From the NCBI GenBank assembly GCA_965199855.1, contig OZ241326.1, forward strand, positions 2,912,001 through 2,976,000: 64,000 nt of DNA, given 5' to 3'. Numbering within the stretch: position 1 is the stretch's first letter; each line of letters starts with the position of its first letter. Shown in pieces: positions 1-10,532 of this stretch. The notes beneath the pieces are model-generated. The model was not told the origin of the DNA, did no database searches, and saw only the letters and a program-made list of their open reading frames with translations. Both the position numbers and the translations under genes were made by a program. This DNA is from a bacterium. Its GTDB lineage: Bacteria; UBA8248.

Positions 1-1
1 C

Positions 2-478
2 GGGGCGGTCGAGCGGATGGAGCGGCGGCACCGGGGCGCCCGCGCCAACGACGGCCCCCGCCTCGACGTCGACTTGAACGCGGCCTTTCAGGCGACGCCG
101 GCCGTCACCCTCGGCGGACGCGGCGGCTGGAACAGGACGCTGGCGAAGAGTCCCAGCCTCCGGGCGCGAACCCGCAAGATGGGCGGCTTCGCCAGCTTCA
201 GGCTGCCGCCGGTGCTGGGCGTGGCGGGCTTCGGCCTCGCCCTCTCCCACGACGTTCTGCTTACCGCCTACGACGATCCGGGCTATTTTCTGATAAGCCC
301 GAACGCGCGCCGCGACAGGCTCTCGCTCTCCCGGGTGACGATCTTCAACGAGACGCTGGAGATGTTCGGCTTCACGCCCGCCCTCTCCCTGGCGCGCGAG
401 CGGCGCGACACGAACATTCTCGACATATTCGACTACAGCCGCCATCAGGCGGAAATCTCCCTGCGCCGGGTGTTCTGA
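2..478 (+). CDS. C-terminal part of an outer-membrane beta-barrel, probably Slam/DUF560-like; 5' truncated by window edge
   Basis: Frame open from position 2; amphipathic beta strands; ends R-D-T-N-I...FDYSRHQAEISLRRVF with terminal Phe, like DUF560 C-termini. Confidence 0.55.
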   Translation, partial: GAVERMERRHRGARANDGPRLDVDLNAAFQATPAVTLGGRGGWNRTLAKSPSLRARTRKMGGFASFRLPPVLGVAGFGLALSHDVLLTAYDDPGYFLISPNARRDRLSLSRVTIFNETLEMFGFTPALSLARERRDTNILDIFDYSRHQAEISLRRVF

Positions 479-559
479 GCCGCCGGCCGGGAGCGGGAAC
501 GCGGCCGCGCCCCGTCCGAAGACGCCGGGAATACAGGCAGGGGCGGAAGGATTTTGATT

Positions 560-674
560 TCGCGGGGGCGGTTCGGGAACCCGGCGGGGACAGCCGCGGC
601 GGGCTGTCCCTGTGGCCGCGGGGCGCGCGCGTCATCGGCCACCCGCAACGCGGCGCGAATTCGCTGTCCCCTAC
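560..674. repeat. Degenerate REP-like palindromes between convergent genes
   Basis: GGGACAGCC-gcggcg-GGCTGTCCC hairpin (~587-610), GGGGCGGTTCGGGAACC and TGTCCCCTAC resemble the REP types in the 27-36 kb arrays. Confidence 0.45.
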
Positions 675-3013
675 GCGCCCGGCGCTTCCTTCCGCGCCTT
701 CGGCCGCATCAGGAACGCGCCCAGGGCGGGCAGGAGGGCGACGGCGCCGATCATGTTGACGAGGAACATGAAGGAGAGCACCGTCCCCATGTCCGCCTGG
801 AGCTTGAGCGGAGCGAAAATCCACGTCGCCACCCCCGCCGCCAGCGTCAGGCCGGTGAGCGCGACGCCCGCCCCCGCGGTGGAGAGCGTCCGCTCGTAGG
901 CCGCCGCGAAGTCGAGCCCCTCCTCGAGGTGCGCGAGAAGGCGCCCGCAGATGTAGATTCCGTAGTCCACCCCGACGCCCACCCCCAGCGCCACCACCGG
1001 CAGGGTGGAGACCTTGAGCCCGATTTCGAGCGCCGCCATGAGCGCGTAGGCGAGCAGCGAGACCAGGGCGAGGGGGAGGACGATGCAGAGCGTAGCCATC
1101 GCCGAGCGGAACGAGAGCAGGCACAGCAGGACGACGGCGGCATAGACGTAGCCCAGAATCGGGAACTGCGCGGCTTCTATCTCCTCGTTCGTCGCCGCCA
1201 TCACCCCGAGGTTGCCGGCGGCGAGGCGGAAGGCGACCGGCGCGCCGCGCCTCTCCTCCTGAAACGCCTTCACGGCCGCGACGACGCGGCGGATGGTCTC
1301 CGCCCTGCGGTCGGCGGCGTAGATCATGACCGGCATGGCGGAGCAGTCCGCGTTCAGCAGGCCGCTGCTCGTCGGCACGAGGGCGACGGACTGCGCGAGC
1401 GCCCGTCCGTCGCGCGGCAGGACGCGCCACTTGAGGCTGCCCTCGTTCCAGCCGGCGTTGAGATTGCGGACGACGCCGGCGAGCCCGGACACCGAGCGGA
1501 CGCCCGCCACGCCGCGCATCCGCCACTCGAAGTCGCCCAGGACGCGCATCACCTCGTGCTCGACGCAGCCCTGCGGCCTCGTCTCGGCGATCACCGTCAG
1601 CACGTTCACGCCGATGTCGAAGCGCTCGGCGATCACCGCGCTGTCCACGTTGTAAGCGGCGCTCGCGCGCAGCTCCGGCACGCCGGGGCGCTGATCGCCC
1701 ACCCGGACCCGGGGCGCGTAGAGCGCGCCCAGCGCAAGAAGCGCGGCGGCCGCGGCCAATGCCACCGCCGCCGGCCCCCGCCGGGCGAGACGCGCGGCGA
1801 GCCGCCACGGCGCCGCCGGGTGCCGCGCCGGGGCGGGGCTTCGGGCTTCCTCCCCTTCGATGAAGAAGAGCGCGACCGGCAGCAGGCCCAGGTTCGTGAG
1901 GATGATGGCGGCCACGCCGAGGCTCGCGGCCGCGGCGATCTCCTGGATGACGCGCACCTCGATGAGGGCGATGGCCACAAACCCGACGGCGTCGGAGGCG
2001 AGCGCGGCCGTCCCCGGCAGCAGCAGGCGGCGGAAGCTCCTCCGCGCGGCGTCCAGCCCTCCGCCCTCGATCCGGACCGCGCCCACCATCTGCACCCCGT
2101 GGCTCACCCCGATGGCGAACACCAGAAACGGCACGAGGATGGACATGGGATCGACCCCGAAGCCCAGCCCCGCGAGCGCGCCCAGCTGCCAGACCACCGC
2201 GACCAGCGAGCAGCCCAGCAGGAGCGCCGTCAGGCGCAGCGAGCGCGCCCAGACCCAGACGAAGAGGGCGGTGACAGCGACGGCGGCGGCGAAGAACATG
2301 AGCACCCGCGAGGCGCCCGCCGCGATCTCCCCCACCGCCTTGGCGAACCCGATGACGTGCGCCTCCGCCGCCCCGCCCGCCCGAATGTCGCGGCGAATCT
2401 CCTCGAGCACCCGCGCGACGCGCAGATAGTCGAGCCGCTCGCCGGTGCCGGGGTGAAATTCCTGAAGCCTCGCGCTCACGAGCGCGCCCGTGAAGTCGTT
2501 CGCCACCAGACGGCCGACCACGCCCGCCTTAATGACGTTCTCGCGCACCCGGGCGAGGCCGGCCTTCGTCGGCCGAAAGTCCGCCGGCAGCACGTTGCCG
2601 CCGACGATGCCGTCCTCCACCACCTCGGTGAAGCGCACGTTCGGCGTGAGAATCGAATAGACCTGGGCGCGATCCACCCCCGGCAGGAAGAACACCGCGT
2701 CCGTCGCCTTCCGAAGGGCGGCGAAGAACCCGGGCGTGAAGATGTCGCCCTCGCGCGCCACGAGCGCCACCGCCACGCGATCCGCCCCGCCGAACTCGGC
2801 GCGGTGCTCGAGGAAGGCGCGCATGTATTCGTGCTTGAGCGGGACGAGCTTGGAGAAGCCGGCGTCCACCCGCAGCCCCGAGGCCAGCCAGCCCATCGCC
2901 AGCGTGATGAGCGCGAAGGCCGCGAGCGCGGCGCGGCGGCGCGAGAAAAGCGCCCGTTCGAGCCGGAAGGCGACGGAGGACGGCGCGGGGGAGGCGGGAG
3001 AAGCTTCCGGCAT
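671..3013 (-). CDS. RND/MMPL-family transporter permease
   Basis: 780 aa, two repeats of TM + periplasmic loop + TM bundle; AIGVSHGVQM and GVGVDYGIY motifs. Confidence 0.9.
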   Translation of the reverse strand: MPEASPASPAPSSVAFRLERALFSRRRAALAAFALITLAMGWLASGLRVDAGFSKLVPLKHEYMRAFLEHRAEFGGADRVAVALVAREGDIFTPGFFAALRKATDAVFFLPGVDRAQVYSILTPNVRFTEVVEDGIVGGNVLPADFRPTKAGLARVRENVIKAGVVGRLVANDFTGALVSARLQEFHPGTGERLDYLRVARVLEEIRRDIRAGGAAEAHVIGFAKAVGEIAAGASRVLMFFAAAVAVTALFVWVWARSLRLTALLLGCSLVAVVWQLGALAGLGFGVDPMSILVPFLVFAIGVSHGVQMVGAVRIEGGGLDAARRSFRRLLLPGTAALASDAVGFVAIALIEVRVIQEIAAAASLGVAAIILTNLGLLPVALFFIEGEEARSPAPARHPAAPWRLAARLARRGPAAVALAAAAALLALGALYAPRVRVGDQRPGVPELRASAAYNVDSAVIAERFDIGVNVLTVIAETRPQGCVEHEVMRVLGDFEWRMRGVAGVRSVSGLAGVVRNLNAGWNEGSLKWRVLPRDGRALAQSVALVPTSSGLLNADCSAMPVMIYAADRRAETIRRVVAAVKAFQEERRGAPVAFRLAAGNLGVMAATNEEIEAAQFPILGYVYAAVVLLCLLSFRSAMATLCIVLPLALVSLLAYALMAALEIGLKVSTLPVVALGVGVGVDYGIYICGRLLAHLEEGLDFAAAYERTLSTAGAGVALTGLTLAAGVATWIFAPLKLQADMGTVLSFMFLVNMIGAVALLPALGAFLMRPKARKEAPGA

Positions 3014-3022
3014 GGGGAGAGG

Positions 3023-3997
3023 CTACCCCGCCCCCGGCAGGCGCCTGACGCCGAACTCTCCCAGCAGGAGCGCGCCGCCGCCCGGAAGCGGGAGCGCCGT
3101 CGAGACGCCCTGGCGCGAGGCCAGCGGCGGAAACGCGGCGTCGATGGACGCGCTGCGCCCGCCGTCCCGGCTGACGAGCAGGACGCCCTCCAGACCGGTG
3201 ATGAGCAGAAGCCCCGGCCGCATCCGAACGATGGAGGTGAGCGCCGCCTTCGTCCCGATGGGCGTCCGCGTCCAGGTCTCGCCCCCGTCCTCGGAGCGGA
3301 ACAGACGGCCCCGCAGCCCCGCCAGCAACACCCGGTTCTCATCCAGGGCGAGGGCGGCGAACCACGAGCCGGCGTAGGGCGAGGGCATTTTGCGCCAGGT
3401 CTCGCCGCCGTCGTCGCTGCGATAGAGCGCGCCCGCCTCGCCTGCGACGAACAGGCGGCGCGGCCCCGCCGGGGCCAGGGCGTTCAGATGGACGTCCTCG
3501 TCCGCGATCGTTCGCGGCGTCCAGGTGCGGCCGCCGTCCGCGGTGGCGAGAAAATAGCCGTAGGCGCCCACGGCGAAGCCCGCGCGCGCGTCGCGGAACC
3601 ACACGTCGAGCAGGGGGCGATCCTCCCCGGGCGCGTGGTGCGCCGCGCGCCAGCTGGCTCCTCCGTCCTCCGTGCGGAGGATGACCGCCTCGTGGCCGAC
3701 CGCCCAGCCCGCGCGCGCATCGATCATGCGCACCGCCGTCAGAAGGACGCGGACGGGAACGCGGGCGCGCTTCCAGGACGCGCCGCCGTCTGTCGAGAAA
3801 AGCGCGTGGCCGCGCGCGCCGACCGCCACGAGGTGGGAGCCGACCGCCGCGCCGTCCAGCAGCAGGGACTTCGCGGCGAGCCGCGCGCCGCGCGCCTCCC
3901 CGGCCGCCGAGAGGGGCGGCGGGCAGGCCGCCAGAGCGAACAGGAAAAGCAGGAGTCGGGAGCGTCGGGCCGCGGCGCGGGAGGCCGCGCGGATCAT
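3023..3997 (-). CDS. YCF48/BNR (Asp-box) repeat beta-propeller protein, exported
   Basis: Repeated S/T-x-D-G-G-x-S/T-W Asp-boxes; N-terminal signal peptide. Confidence 0.85.
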   Translation of the reverse strand: MIRAASRAAARRSRLLLFLFALAACPPPLSAAGEARGARLAAKSLLLDGAAVGSHLVAVGARGHALFSTDGGASWKRARVPVRVLLTAVRMIDARAGWAVGHEAVILRTEDGGASWRAAHHAPGEDRPLLDVWFRDARAGFAVGAYGYFLATADGGRTWTPRTIADEDVHLNALAPAGPRRLFVAGEAGALYRSDDGGETWRKMPSPYAGSWFAALALDENRVLLAGLRGRLFRSEDGGETWTRTPIGTKAALTSIVRMRPGLLLITGLEGVLLVSRDGGRSASIDAAFPPLASRQGVSTALPLPGGGALLLGEFGVRRLPGAG

Positions 3998-5355
3998 CGC
4001 CTTCCCTGGCGGCGCAGCGCCGCCGGCGTGAAGTCCCGCGGCGTGAGGCCGGGGCTGAAGTCGATCATGGGAAACTCGTTCTTGAGGCCCAGGGCGAGGT
4101 AGCGCCCCGCCTGGACGTCGATGTGCGCCTCGACGGTCGGCGTCGTTATGGACTTCTCGTAATAGTTGATGAGGTGGCCTTCCGAGACGCGCCAGAGCTG
4201 ATCCCGGTTGTCGTAGATGTCCGCGAGCAGAATGTTCCAGGAATCCTCATCCACGTAGAAGCGCCGCCGCTTGTAGATGTGGCGCGCGCCCTCCTTGAGC
4301 GCCGCCTCGACCACCCAGACCCGGTGCAGCTCGTAGCGCAGATGCTTCGGGTTGAGGTGGAGCGGGGTGAGGACGTCGGCGAAGGTGATTTTGTCGCTGT
4401 GCAGCCTGTAGCTGTTGTAGGGAACATACATCTTTCGCTTGCCGAGGAGCCGCCAGTCGTAGCGGTCGAGCGCGCCGTTGAACATGTCGAACTGATCGCT
4501 CGTCCGCAACCCGTCCGAGGCGGTGCCCGGGTTGTCATAGGCGACGTTCGGGGCGCGCCGCACCCGGCGCTGGCCGGGGTTGTAGACCCAGGCGTGGCGT
4601 GGCTCGGCGACCTGGTTCATCGTCTCGTAGGCAAGCAGGATGCTGCCCGCCAGCCGCGCCGGGGCCGTCACGCGCTGGCGGAAGAGAATCATCCGGTTGT
4701 CGAGCTTCTCCTCCGTCATGTCCGGCAGCGAGTAGCGCGCGATGTAGGCGTCCCTGAGCTTGACGAGCGTGTAGTCCCCGCCGCGGGTCACGGCGGCCTG
4801 GCCGATGACGCGCAGGGCGGCCTCGCCCCGGTAGCGCAGCAGGTGGTTCCAGATGACCTCCGCGCCGCTTTTGGGAATCGGGAAGGGAATCCCGATCACG
4901 GCGCCCGTTACGCCGTTTCCCCCGGCGGCGAGCTTCGCGGTGACGGCGACGCGCCGGGTGGCGTCGTAGATGCGCTTCGGGGCGGATGCGCTCCGGCGGG
5001 TCGGATAGATCGGCATCCGGAACGTCGGGTAGAGCTCCAGCATCCTGCGGTGCCCGGCCGACACCCTGTCCTTGTATTTTTCGAGATTGGCGTCGGTGAT
5101 GACGAAGAGCGGCTTGTCCTTCGCGTAGGGATCGGGGTGATGATCGCCCGGCTCGTAGCCCGGCGGCGGCGCGAGAATGCCGCCCTCCCAGGACGGAATG
5201 GCGCCGTCGGCGCTACCCGCGCGCTCCCCTCCCAAGGGGGTCAGGTCGCGCCCGAGGCGGGCGGCCTCCTCGGCGGAAATCGCGGCGGCGGCGCTGGCGA
5301 CGGCGAACGCCCAGGCGAGGACGGCGGCGGCGAGTCTCAGGATGGTGGTTTTCAT
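3994..5355 (-). CDS. DUF1329 family periplasmic protein
   Basis: Signal peptide; LTPLGGERAG...IPSWEGG start, GQRRVRRAP and YELHRVWVVEA motifs; canonical position after DUF1302. Confidence 0.85.
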   Translation of the reverse strand: MKTTILRLAAAVLAWAFAVASAAAAISAEEAARLGRDLTPLGGERAGSADGAIPSWEGGILAPPPGYEPGDHHPDPYAKDKPLFVITDANLEKYKDRVSAGHRRMLELYPTFRMPIYPTRRSASAPKRIYDATRRVAVTAKLAAGGNGVTGAVIGIPFPIPKSGAEVIWNHLLRYRGEAALRVIGQAAVTRGGDYTLVKLRDAYIARYSLPDMTEEKLDNRMILFRQRVTAPARLAGSILLAYETMNQVAEPRHAWVYNPGQRRVRRAPNVAYDNPGTASDGLRTSDQFDMFNGALDRYDWRLLGKRKMYVPYNSYRLHSDKITFADVLTPLHLNPKHLRYELHRVWVVEAALKEGARHIYKRRRFYVDEDSWNILLADIYDNRDQLWRVSEGHLINYYEKSITTPTVEAHIDVQAGRYLALGLKNEFPMIDFSPGLTPRDFTPAALRRQGRR

Positions 5356-5376
5356 GGCTGGTCCGCTCTCATGCTG

Positions 5377-7476
5377 TTAAAACAGGTATTTGATGGTGGC
5401 GGAGACGAAGTCGCGGTCGTTCAGCTGGTTGTATCGGCCCGCCCCGCCGTACATGGTGAAGCTGAAGTCGAACTGCCATCGGTTGAGGTAGCTCGCGCCC
5501 AGCCCGAGGGTGAGGGCGGTGCGATCCTCCAGAAAGGGCCCGCCCGGGCCGGGACTGACGCCCTCCACGTCGTGCTGGAACTGGAGGCGCGGGTAGAGGT
5601 TCACCGCGCCCAGGGCGTTCAGGTAGTCCAGGCGCGCCGCCAGCCGGTAGCCGTAGGAGGTGGCGGTGGCGAACCGGCCCGAAGGCTCCGCCGGGAGGCC
5701 GGCGTGCGCGCCCGCCGCCGTCGCGTGAAAGGGATTCCCGCTGGTGGTCGTGCCCGCCCCCTCCAGGCGCAGCTCGCTCTGATCCGGCATGTCGTGCACG
5801 CGCATGAGCGCGGCCTCGGCGACGAACGCCAGCCCGCTCGCCCCGAGGAGGGGGCCGAAAATCTTCGTGAGGGTTGCCTGCGCCTGGCTCACGTCGCGCT
5901 CGATGTAGCCGCGAATGTAGGCGTCCGGGGCGAAGGAGCCCACCTGGTTCCGGCAATAGAAGCGGAAGACGCTCCGGCACGGCGCGCCGCTCGCCGGGTC
6001 GGCGGCGATGGGGGTGAGCGCGGCGAAGAGGAGCTCCACATCGTCGATTTGCAGGGGCGCGTCCAGGCGGTGGGAGTATTCGCCCTGAAGCGCCCAGCCG
6101 GACGAGCCCAGCTGGGTGCTGAAGCTGAAGCCGAAGAGCTGGAGATCTTCGGGATATTCGAGAAAGTAGCCCGCCGTCTTCACGTAGCGGTCCACGGCGA
6201 GGAGGCCGGCGACGCGGCCGACCTGGGCCTGAACCTGCGAGCGGATAATCTCGGGCGGGGCGCCCGCGGGCGCAACCGCGGCGACCGCCGCGCTGATCGT
6301 CCTCGTGGTGAGGGACGCGGGCGCGGCGACGGCCCCCCCCGCCCGCTGCGCGGCCGCGACCCCCTGCGCCGTTCCCGCGCGCGCGCTGACGATGGGCAGG
6401 CGGCTGTGGTAGTTGACGAAGTAGAAGCCGAACTCGGCGCTGTTGAGGCCCTCGGCGAGGTAGCGCAGCGCGATTCCCCACTGGCCCGAGTCGTCCGGCT
6501 CGCCGTCCCGGACGCGGCGCACGCTCAGGAAGTCGGCGTCGAAGGCCGGCTGCGCCGGCTGGGGAAGCGCGACGCTCCCGAGCGCCGGGTGGGCTACCGA
6601 GAAGCCCTGGAGGTCGGCGTTGATCGCCTGCGTGAGGGCGCCGAACCCGAAGCCCGTGTCGGGGATGGCGCCCCAGCCGAGCACGGCCTTTCTCGCGCCC
6701 GCGCCGGCGAAGTCGCTTGTCGAGAAGTAGCTGCCCGGCGGGTCGATTTCGGTCTTCTTCCACCGCGCCTGATAGAAGCCCTCGACGGAGAGGGCGTCCG
6801 TCAGCGCGGCCGAGGCCGAGACCATCGGCACCGGCACCAGTCCGTCGCGCAGCTCCGCCCCCGGGGTGCGCAACTTGCTCACGTCGAAGGGATTGACGAC
6901 GTTGACGCCGTTCTGGATGAAGGTGCTCTCGCCCCAGCTGAGGACGTGGCTGCCGAGACGCAGCTCCAGAGGAACGCCGCCGAGGCGGAACGCGCCGGTG
7001 AGGTAGAGATCGAGCACGTCCACATCCTTCCCCACCATGCCCTTCGCCCTGGAGTCGAGCGGGGTGCGCTCCCTGTCGTTCCTTTCGTTTTCTAGGTCGT
7101 AGAAGCCGTGGGCGCGGACGAAGGCGCCGAAGTTGCGGTAGTTGAGCTCGAGCTCGCCGGTGAACTTCGAGGCGTTGCTCGCTATGCCGCTGTCGTAGTT
7201 GAGGTCGCCGTCGTCGGCGTTGACGGAGTTCGCCGTCCCGCCGTTGGCCCTGCCGATGAGCCGCTTGTCGCGATCGCCGACGCGCGAGGCGATTCCGTGG
7301 GAGAGCGTGATGTCCAGGCTGCCTTCGAGCTCGCCGTGGCGGAAATCCTCCGCCCCCGCCGGCGGGACGCACAGCGCCAGAGCGAGCGCGCAGGCGAGCA
7401 GGCGAAGCAGGCCGGGGACGGCCGCCGGGGCGTCCTTCCCGAAGGGGACGAGATGGTGGAATCGGGCTGGATACAT
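5377..7476 (-). CDS. DUF1302 family outer-membrane protein
   Basis: NSVNADDGDLNY, SWGESTFIQNG, NYHSRLP, DRDFVSATIKYLF motifs; ATG 7476 with GAAGGAG upstream (ORF-track extension to 8256 is spurious). Confidence 0.85.
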   Translation of the reverse strand: MYPARFHHLVPFGKDAPAAVPGLLRLLACALALALCVPPAGAEDFRHGELEGSLDITLSHGIASRVGDRDKRLIGRANGGTANSVNADDGDLNYDSGIASNASKFTGELELNYRNFGAFVRAHGFYDLENERNDRERTPLDSRAKGMVGKDVDVLDLYLTGAFRLGGVPLELRLGSHVLSWGESTFIQNGVNVVNPFDVSKLRTPGAELRDGLVPVPMVSASAALTDALSVEGFYQARWKKTEIDPPGSYFSTSDFAGAGARKAVLGWGAIPDTGFGFGALTQAINADLQGFSVAHPALGSVALPQPAQPAFDADFLSVRRVRDGEPDDSGQWGIALRYLAEGLNSAEFGFYFVNYHSRLPIVSARAGTAQGVAAAQRAGGAVAAPASLTTRTISAAVAAVAPAGAPPEIIRSQVQAQVGRVAGLLAVDRYVKTAGYFLEYPEDLQLFGFSFSTQLGSSGWALQGEYSHRLDAPLQIDDVELLFAALTPIAADPASGAPCRSVFRFYCRNQVGSFAPDAYIRGYIERDVSQAQATLTKIFGPLLGASGLAFVAEAALMRVHDMPDQSELRLEGAGTTTSGNPFHATAAGAHAGLPAEPSGRFATATSYGYRLAARLDYLNALGAVNLYPRLQFQHDVEGVSPGPGGPFLEDRTALTLGLGASYLNRWQFDFSFTMYGGAGRYNQLNDRDFVSATIKYLF

Positions 7477-7583
7477 GCCGCCATGCTCTCCTTCGACCGG
7501 AACTCTTGAATGGAGACGGACGCGGGCACGAATACGCGAAAACCCCGCGTTCGTCAAGCGGCGGCGGGACGCCTTCGCGCGGG

Positions 7584-8657
7584 TCAGGAGACGCGCTTTC
7601 CGTCGGAATCGAAGAGATAGACGCGCGCCGGGTCGAACGTGACGCCCAGCCGCTCGCCCGCTTTGAAGCGGCCCGAAGCCTCGACGACGGCGATGGTCGG
7701 ACGCTCGGCGCCGTGATCGAAGTAGAGCAGCGTGTCCTTGCCGAGCGGCTCGACGAGCTGAACGTCGCACGAGAAGGCGCCGCCCTCGCCCCCCACCTGC
7801 ACGTGCTCGGGGCGGACGCCCAGGGTGTAGTCCCCCGCGGAGACGCCCGCGTAGGCGTCGGGCAGTCTGAAATCCACCCCCGCGCCGGCGAACGCGGCGG
7901 CGCCGTTGGAGTTCTCCACTTTGCCGGCGATGAGGTTCATCGAGGGGCTTCCGAAGAAGTCCGCCACGAAGTAGCTCACCGGGTCGTTGTAGATGTCGAG
8001 AGGGGTGCCCACCTGCTCGATGACGCCGTCGCGCATCACCACGATGCGATCGGCCAGCGTCATGGCCTCCTCCTGGTCGTGCGTCACATAGACAAAGGTC
8101 TTCTTGAGCTCCTCGTGCAGACGGTCGATCTCGGCGCGCATCTCGCGGCGCAGCTTGGCGTCGAGGCTCGATAGCGGCTCGTCCAGCAGGAAGGCGGCGG
8201 GGTCGGTGATGAGGGTGCGCGCGAGGGCCGCGCGCTGGGCCTCGCCGCCCGAACACTGGGCGGGCAGCTTGTCGAGGAGATGACCGATGCGGACCACGTC
8301 GGCCACCTCGCGCACGCGGCGGCGGCGCGTCTCGGGGTCCACCTTCTTCATGCGCGGGCCGAACTCGATGTTCTGCGCCACCGTCTTGTGGGGAAACAGG
8401 GCGTGCGTCTGGAACACCATGCCCACGCCCCGGTCGCCCGGGTCGACGTCGTTGACGACGCGCCCGTCGATGACGATATCGCCCTCGGTCGGCTCCTCGA
8501 AGCCGGCGACCATGCGCAGCGTGGTCGTCTTCCCGCAGCCCGAGGGGCCGACGATGACGACGAACTCGCCTTCCTCAATGGTGAAGTCGAGGTTCTTGAC
8601 GGCCTCGATGCTCCTGCCGAACACCTTGCGCAGACCCTTCAGTTCGATTCTCGCCAT
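7584..8657 (-). CDS. CUT1 ABC transporter ATP-binding protein (MalK/UgpC-like)
   Basis: Walker A GPSGCGKT, signature-like CSGGEAQR, LLDEP, VTHDQEEA, C-terminal TOBE. Confidence 0.95.
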   Translation of the reverse strand: MARIELKGLRKVFGRSIEAVKNLDFTIEEGEFVVIVGPSGCGKTTTLRMVAGFEEPTEGDIVIDGRVVNDVDPGDRGVGMVFQTHALFPHKTVAQNIEFGPRMKKVDPETRRRRVREVADVVRIGHLLDKLPAQCSGGEAQRAALARTLITDPAAFLLDEPLSSLDAKLRREMRAEIDRLHEELKKTFVYVTHDQEEAMTLADRIVVMRDGVIEQVGTPLDIYNDPVSYFVADFFGSPSMNLIAGKVENSNGAAAFAGAGVDFRLPDAYAGVSAGDYTLGVRPEHVQVGGEGGAFSCDVQLVEPLGKDTLLYFDHGAERPTIAVVEASGRFKAGERLGVTFDPARVYLFDSDGKRVS

Positions 8658-8664
8658 TGCCTTT

Positions 8665-9567
8665 TCACCTCTTCACCATTCCGAAAGTGAAACCCCGCAC
8701 CAGATGCTTTCTGATGAAAATGCCGATGATCATGAGCGGCAGGGTGATGCCCACCGACAGGGCGGCCTGGTGCCCATAGACGCGGCCCTCGTCGGAGCCT
8801 TCATACTTCGCCAGCTGGACGGGCAGGGTCACCACGTCCACCTTCGAGAGCATGAGGGAGAGCAGGTATTCGCTCCACGTCAGAATAAGGATGAACAGGA
8901 ACGTCGCCACGACGCCCGAGCGGATGAGCGGAAAGATGACCTCGCGGATCGCCTGCCACTTGCTCGCCCCCAGAATCTCGGCGGCCTGCTCGATCTCGAC
9001 GGGCACCTCGTCCACGAAGCTCTTCGTCATCCAGACGGAATAGGGCAGCGTCGTGATGAAATAGACGATGATCAGCCCCGTCGCCGTGTCCATCAGGTGA
9101 ATCGCCGAGTAATAGAGGGTGAGGGGCGCCGCCACCACGATGGGCGGGATCATCCGCAGGACGAGGAGCTGGAACATGCGAATTTCGGAGAGTATCCGGT
9201 AGCGCGAGACCCCGTAGGCCAGAATCGAGCCGAAGGCGACCGAAAGCGCGGTGGCGGTGATGGCGATGTAGAGGCTGTTCCACAGCGCCTGCCAGGGCTT
9301 GTTCGCCGAGGCCGACTCGTAGCGCGCGGTCTGCGTTTTCGCCTCGGTGGCGGAGCGGGGGCTCTCCTCCCGGCCCCACACCGCCCTGTAGTTGGCCCAG
9401 GAAGCCTCCTGCGACCAATAGACCGGCGGCCAGGCGTGCCACTCCCAGTCCGGCTTGAACGAGGTCGAGACGATCCAGAATACCGGAAACGCCACGATCA
9501 CCGACCAGACCAGGAGAGCGGCGTAGCGGAACACGTTGAACAGCCTGCCCTTCATCACCCGGTTCAT
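8665..9567 (-). CDS. Carbohydrate-type ABC transporter permease (MalG-like)
   Basis: 6 TM segments, EAA loop EIEQAAEILGAS; ATG 9567 overlaps the upstream stop. Confidence 0.9.
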   Translation of the reverse strand: MNRVMKGRLFNVFRYAALLVWSVIVAFPVFWIVSTSFKPDWEWHAWPPVYWSQEASWANYRAVWGREESPRSATEAKTQTARYESASANKPWQALWNSLYIAITATALSVAFGSILAYGVSRYRILSEIRMFQLLVLRMIPPIVVAAPLTLYYSAIHLMDTATGLIIVYFITTLPYSVWMTKSFVDEVPVEIEQAAEILGASKWQAIREVIFPLIRSGVVATFLFILILTWSEYLLSLMLSKVDVVTLPVQLAKYEGSDEGRVYGHQAALSVGITLPLMIIGIFIRKHLVRGFTFGMVKR

Positions 9568-10532
9568 GCCTGGATCTCCGGCTTCGGCGCGTCGTAGAGG
9601 GTGTCGAGGGCGCGCTTCTCGCGCCTCAGGACGTAGATGGCCGTGAGCACGATGCAAATCATGAGGAGCATGACGATGTAGGACATCGCCGCCCCCTTCG
9701 AGATGTCGAACGACACCCACGTCGTGTGGAAAAGATAGATGGGGATGGTCTCGGTGGCAGTGCCCGGCCCGCCTTGGATGAGGCCCCACGTCTTGGGAAA
9801 CTCCGCCATGGCCTCCAGGAAGCGAAGAATGAGCGCGAGAAAGATGACGGGCCGCAGGAGCGGCAACTGAATCTCGCGGAATATCTGGAGGCGGTTCGCC
9901 CCGAGGATGCGGGCGGCCTCCACGGGCTCGCTCGGCAGAGAGGAGAGGCCCGCCAGCATGATGATGAACACGAAGGGCGTCCAGTTCCACACCTCGAGCA
10001 GGATGATGGTGAAGATGGCGACGTTCGGGTTGGCCAGCCAGGTGAACTTCGAGAGGTCGCCCGGCAGGAAGTAGCTGAGGAACCCGTTGATGGGGCCCTT
10101 CTCATACAGGAGCATGTCGGCGGTGTAGGCGATGACGACGGGCACCGTCAGCATGGGGATGATGAAGAGGATGTAGAAGAACGCCTGCCCCCTGAAGGGG
10201 CGATACATCAGCAGAGCGAGGGCGAAGCCGCAGACGAAGCAGCCGAGCGTCGAGAGGCCCGCGAACAGGAGCGAGCGGCCCATCGCCCGCCAGAAGCGCT
10301 CCTCGCCCAGGACTTCCTGGAACAGCTCCAGCCCCACGAATTCCGCGTCGACCCAGGTGGAGAGATAGACCGTCCAGGAGTGGAACGAAAAATATATCTG
10401 GAGAAGAAAGACGGGTATCAGGAACGCGAACAGAAGGATGAGCGGAGAGAGAACGCTCCATTTGAACGCGCGGACGCCGCGGGCGCGGGCAGAGCGTCTG
10501 CCCTTGGGCTGCGCGAGTGTGGCCGTGGCCAT
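9564..10532 (-). CDS. Carbohydrate-type ABC transporter permease (MalF-like)
   Basis: WNWTPF...LAGLSSLP...EAARILGA EAA motif; GGPGTATET. Confidence 0.9.
   Translation of the reverse strand: MATATLAQPKGRRSARARGVRAFKWSVLSPLILLFAFLIPVFLLQIYFSFHSWTVYLSTWVDAEFVGLELFQEVLGEERFWRAMGRSLLFAGLSTLGCFVCGFALALLMYRPFRGQAFFYILFIIPMLTVPVVIAYTADMLLYEKGPINGFLSYFLPGDLSKFTWLANPNVAIFTIILLEVWNWTPFVFIIMLAGLSSLPSEPVEAARILGANRLQIFREIQLPLLRPVIFLALILRFLEAMAEFPKTWGLIQGGPGTATETIPIYLFHTTWVSFDISKGAAMSYIVMLLMICIVLTAIYVLRREKRALDTLYDAPKPEIQA

Noticed and set aside
554-7372. Very long alternative-frame ORFs (e.g. 554-4102, 4123-7095, also 29569-33324 and 54302-57499)
   Set aside because: Arg/Pro/Gly-rich shadow ORFs of real genes, expected in high-GC DNA.
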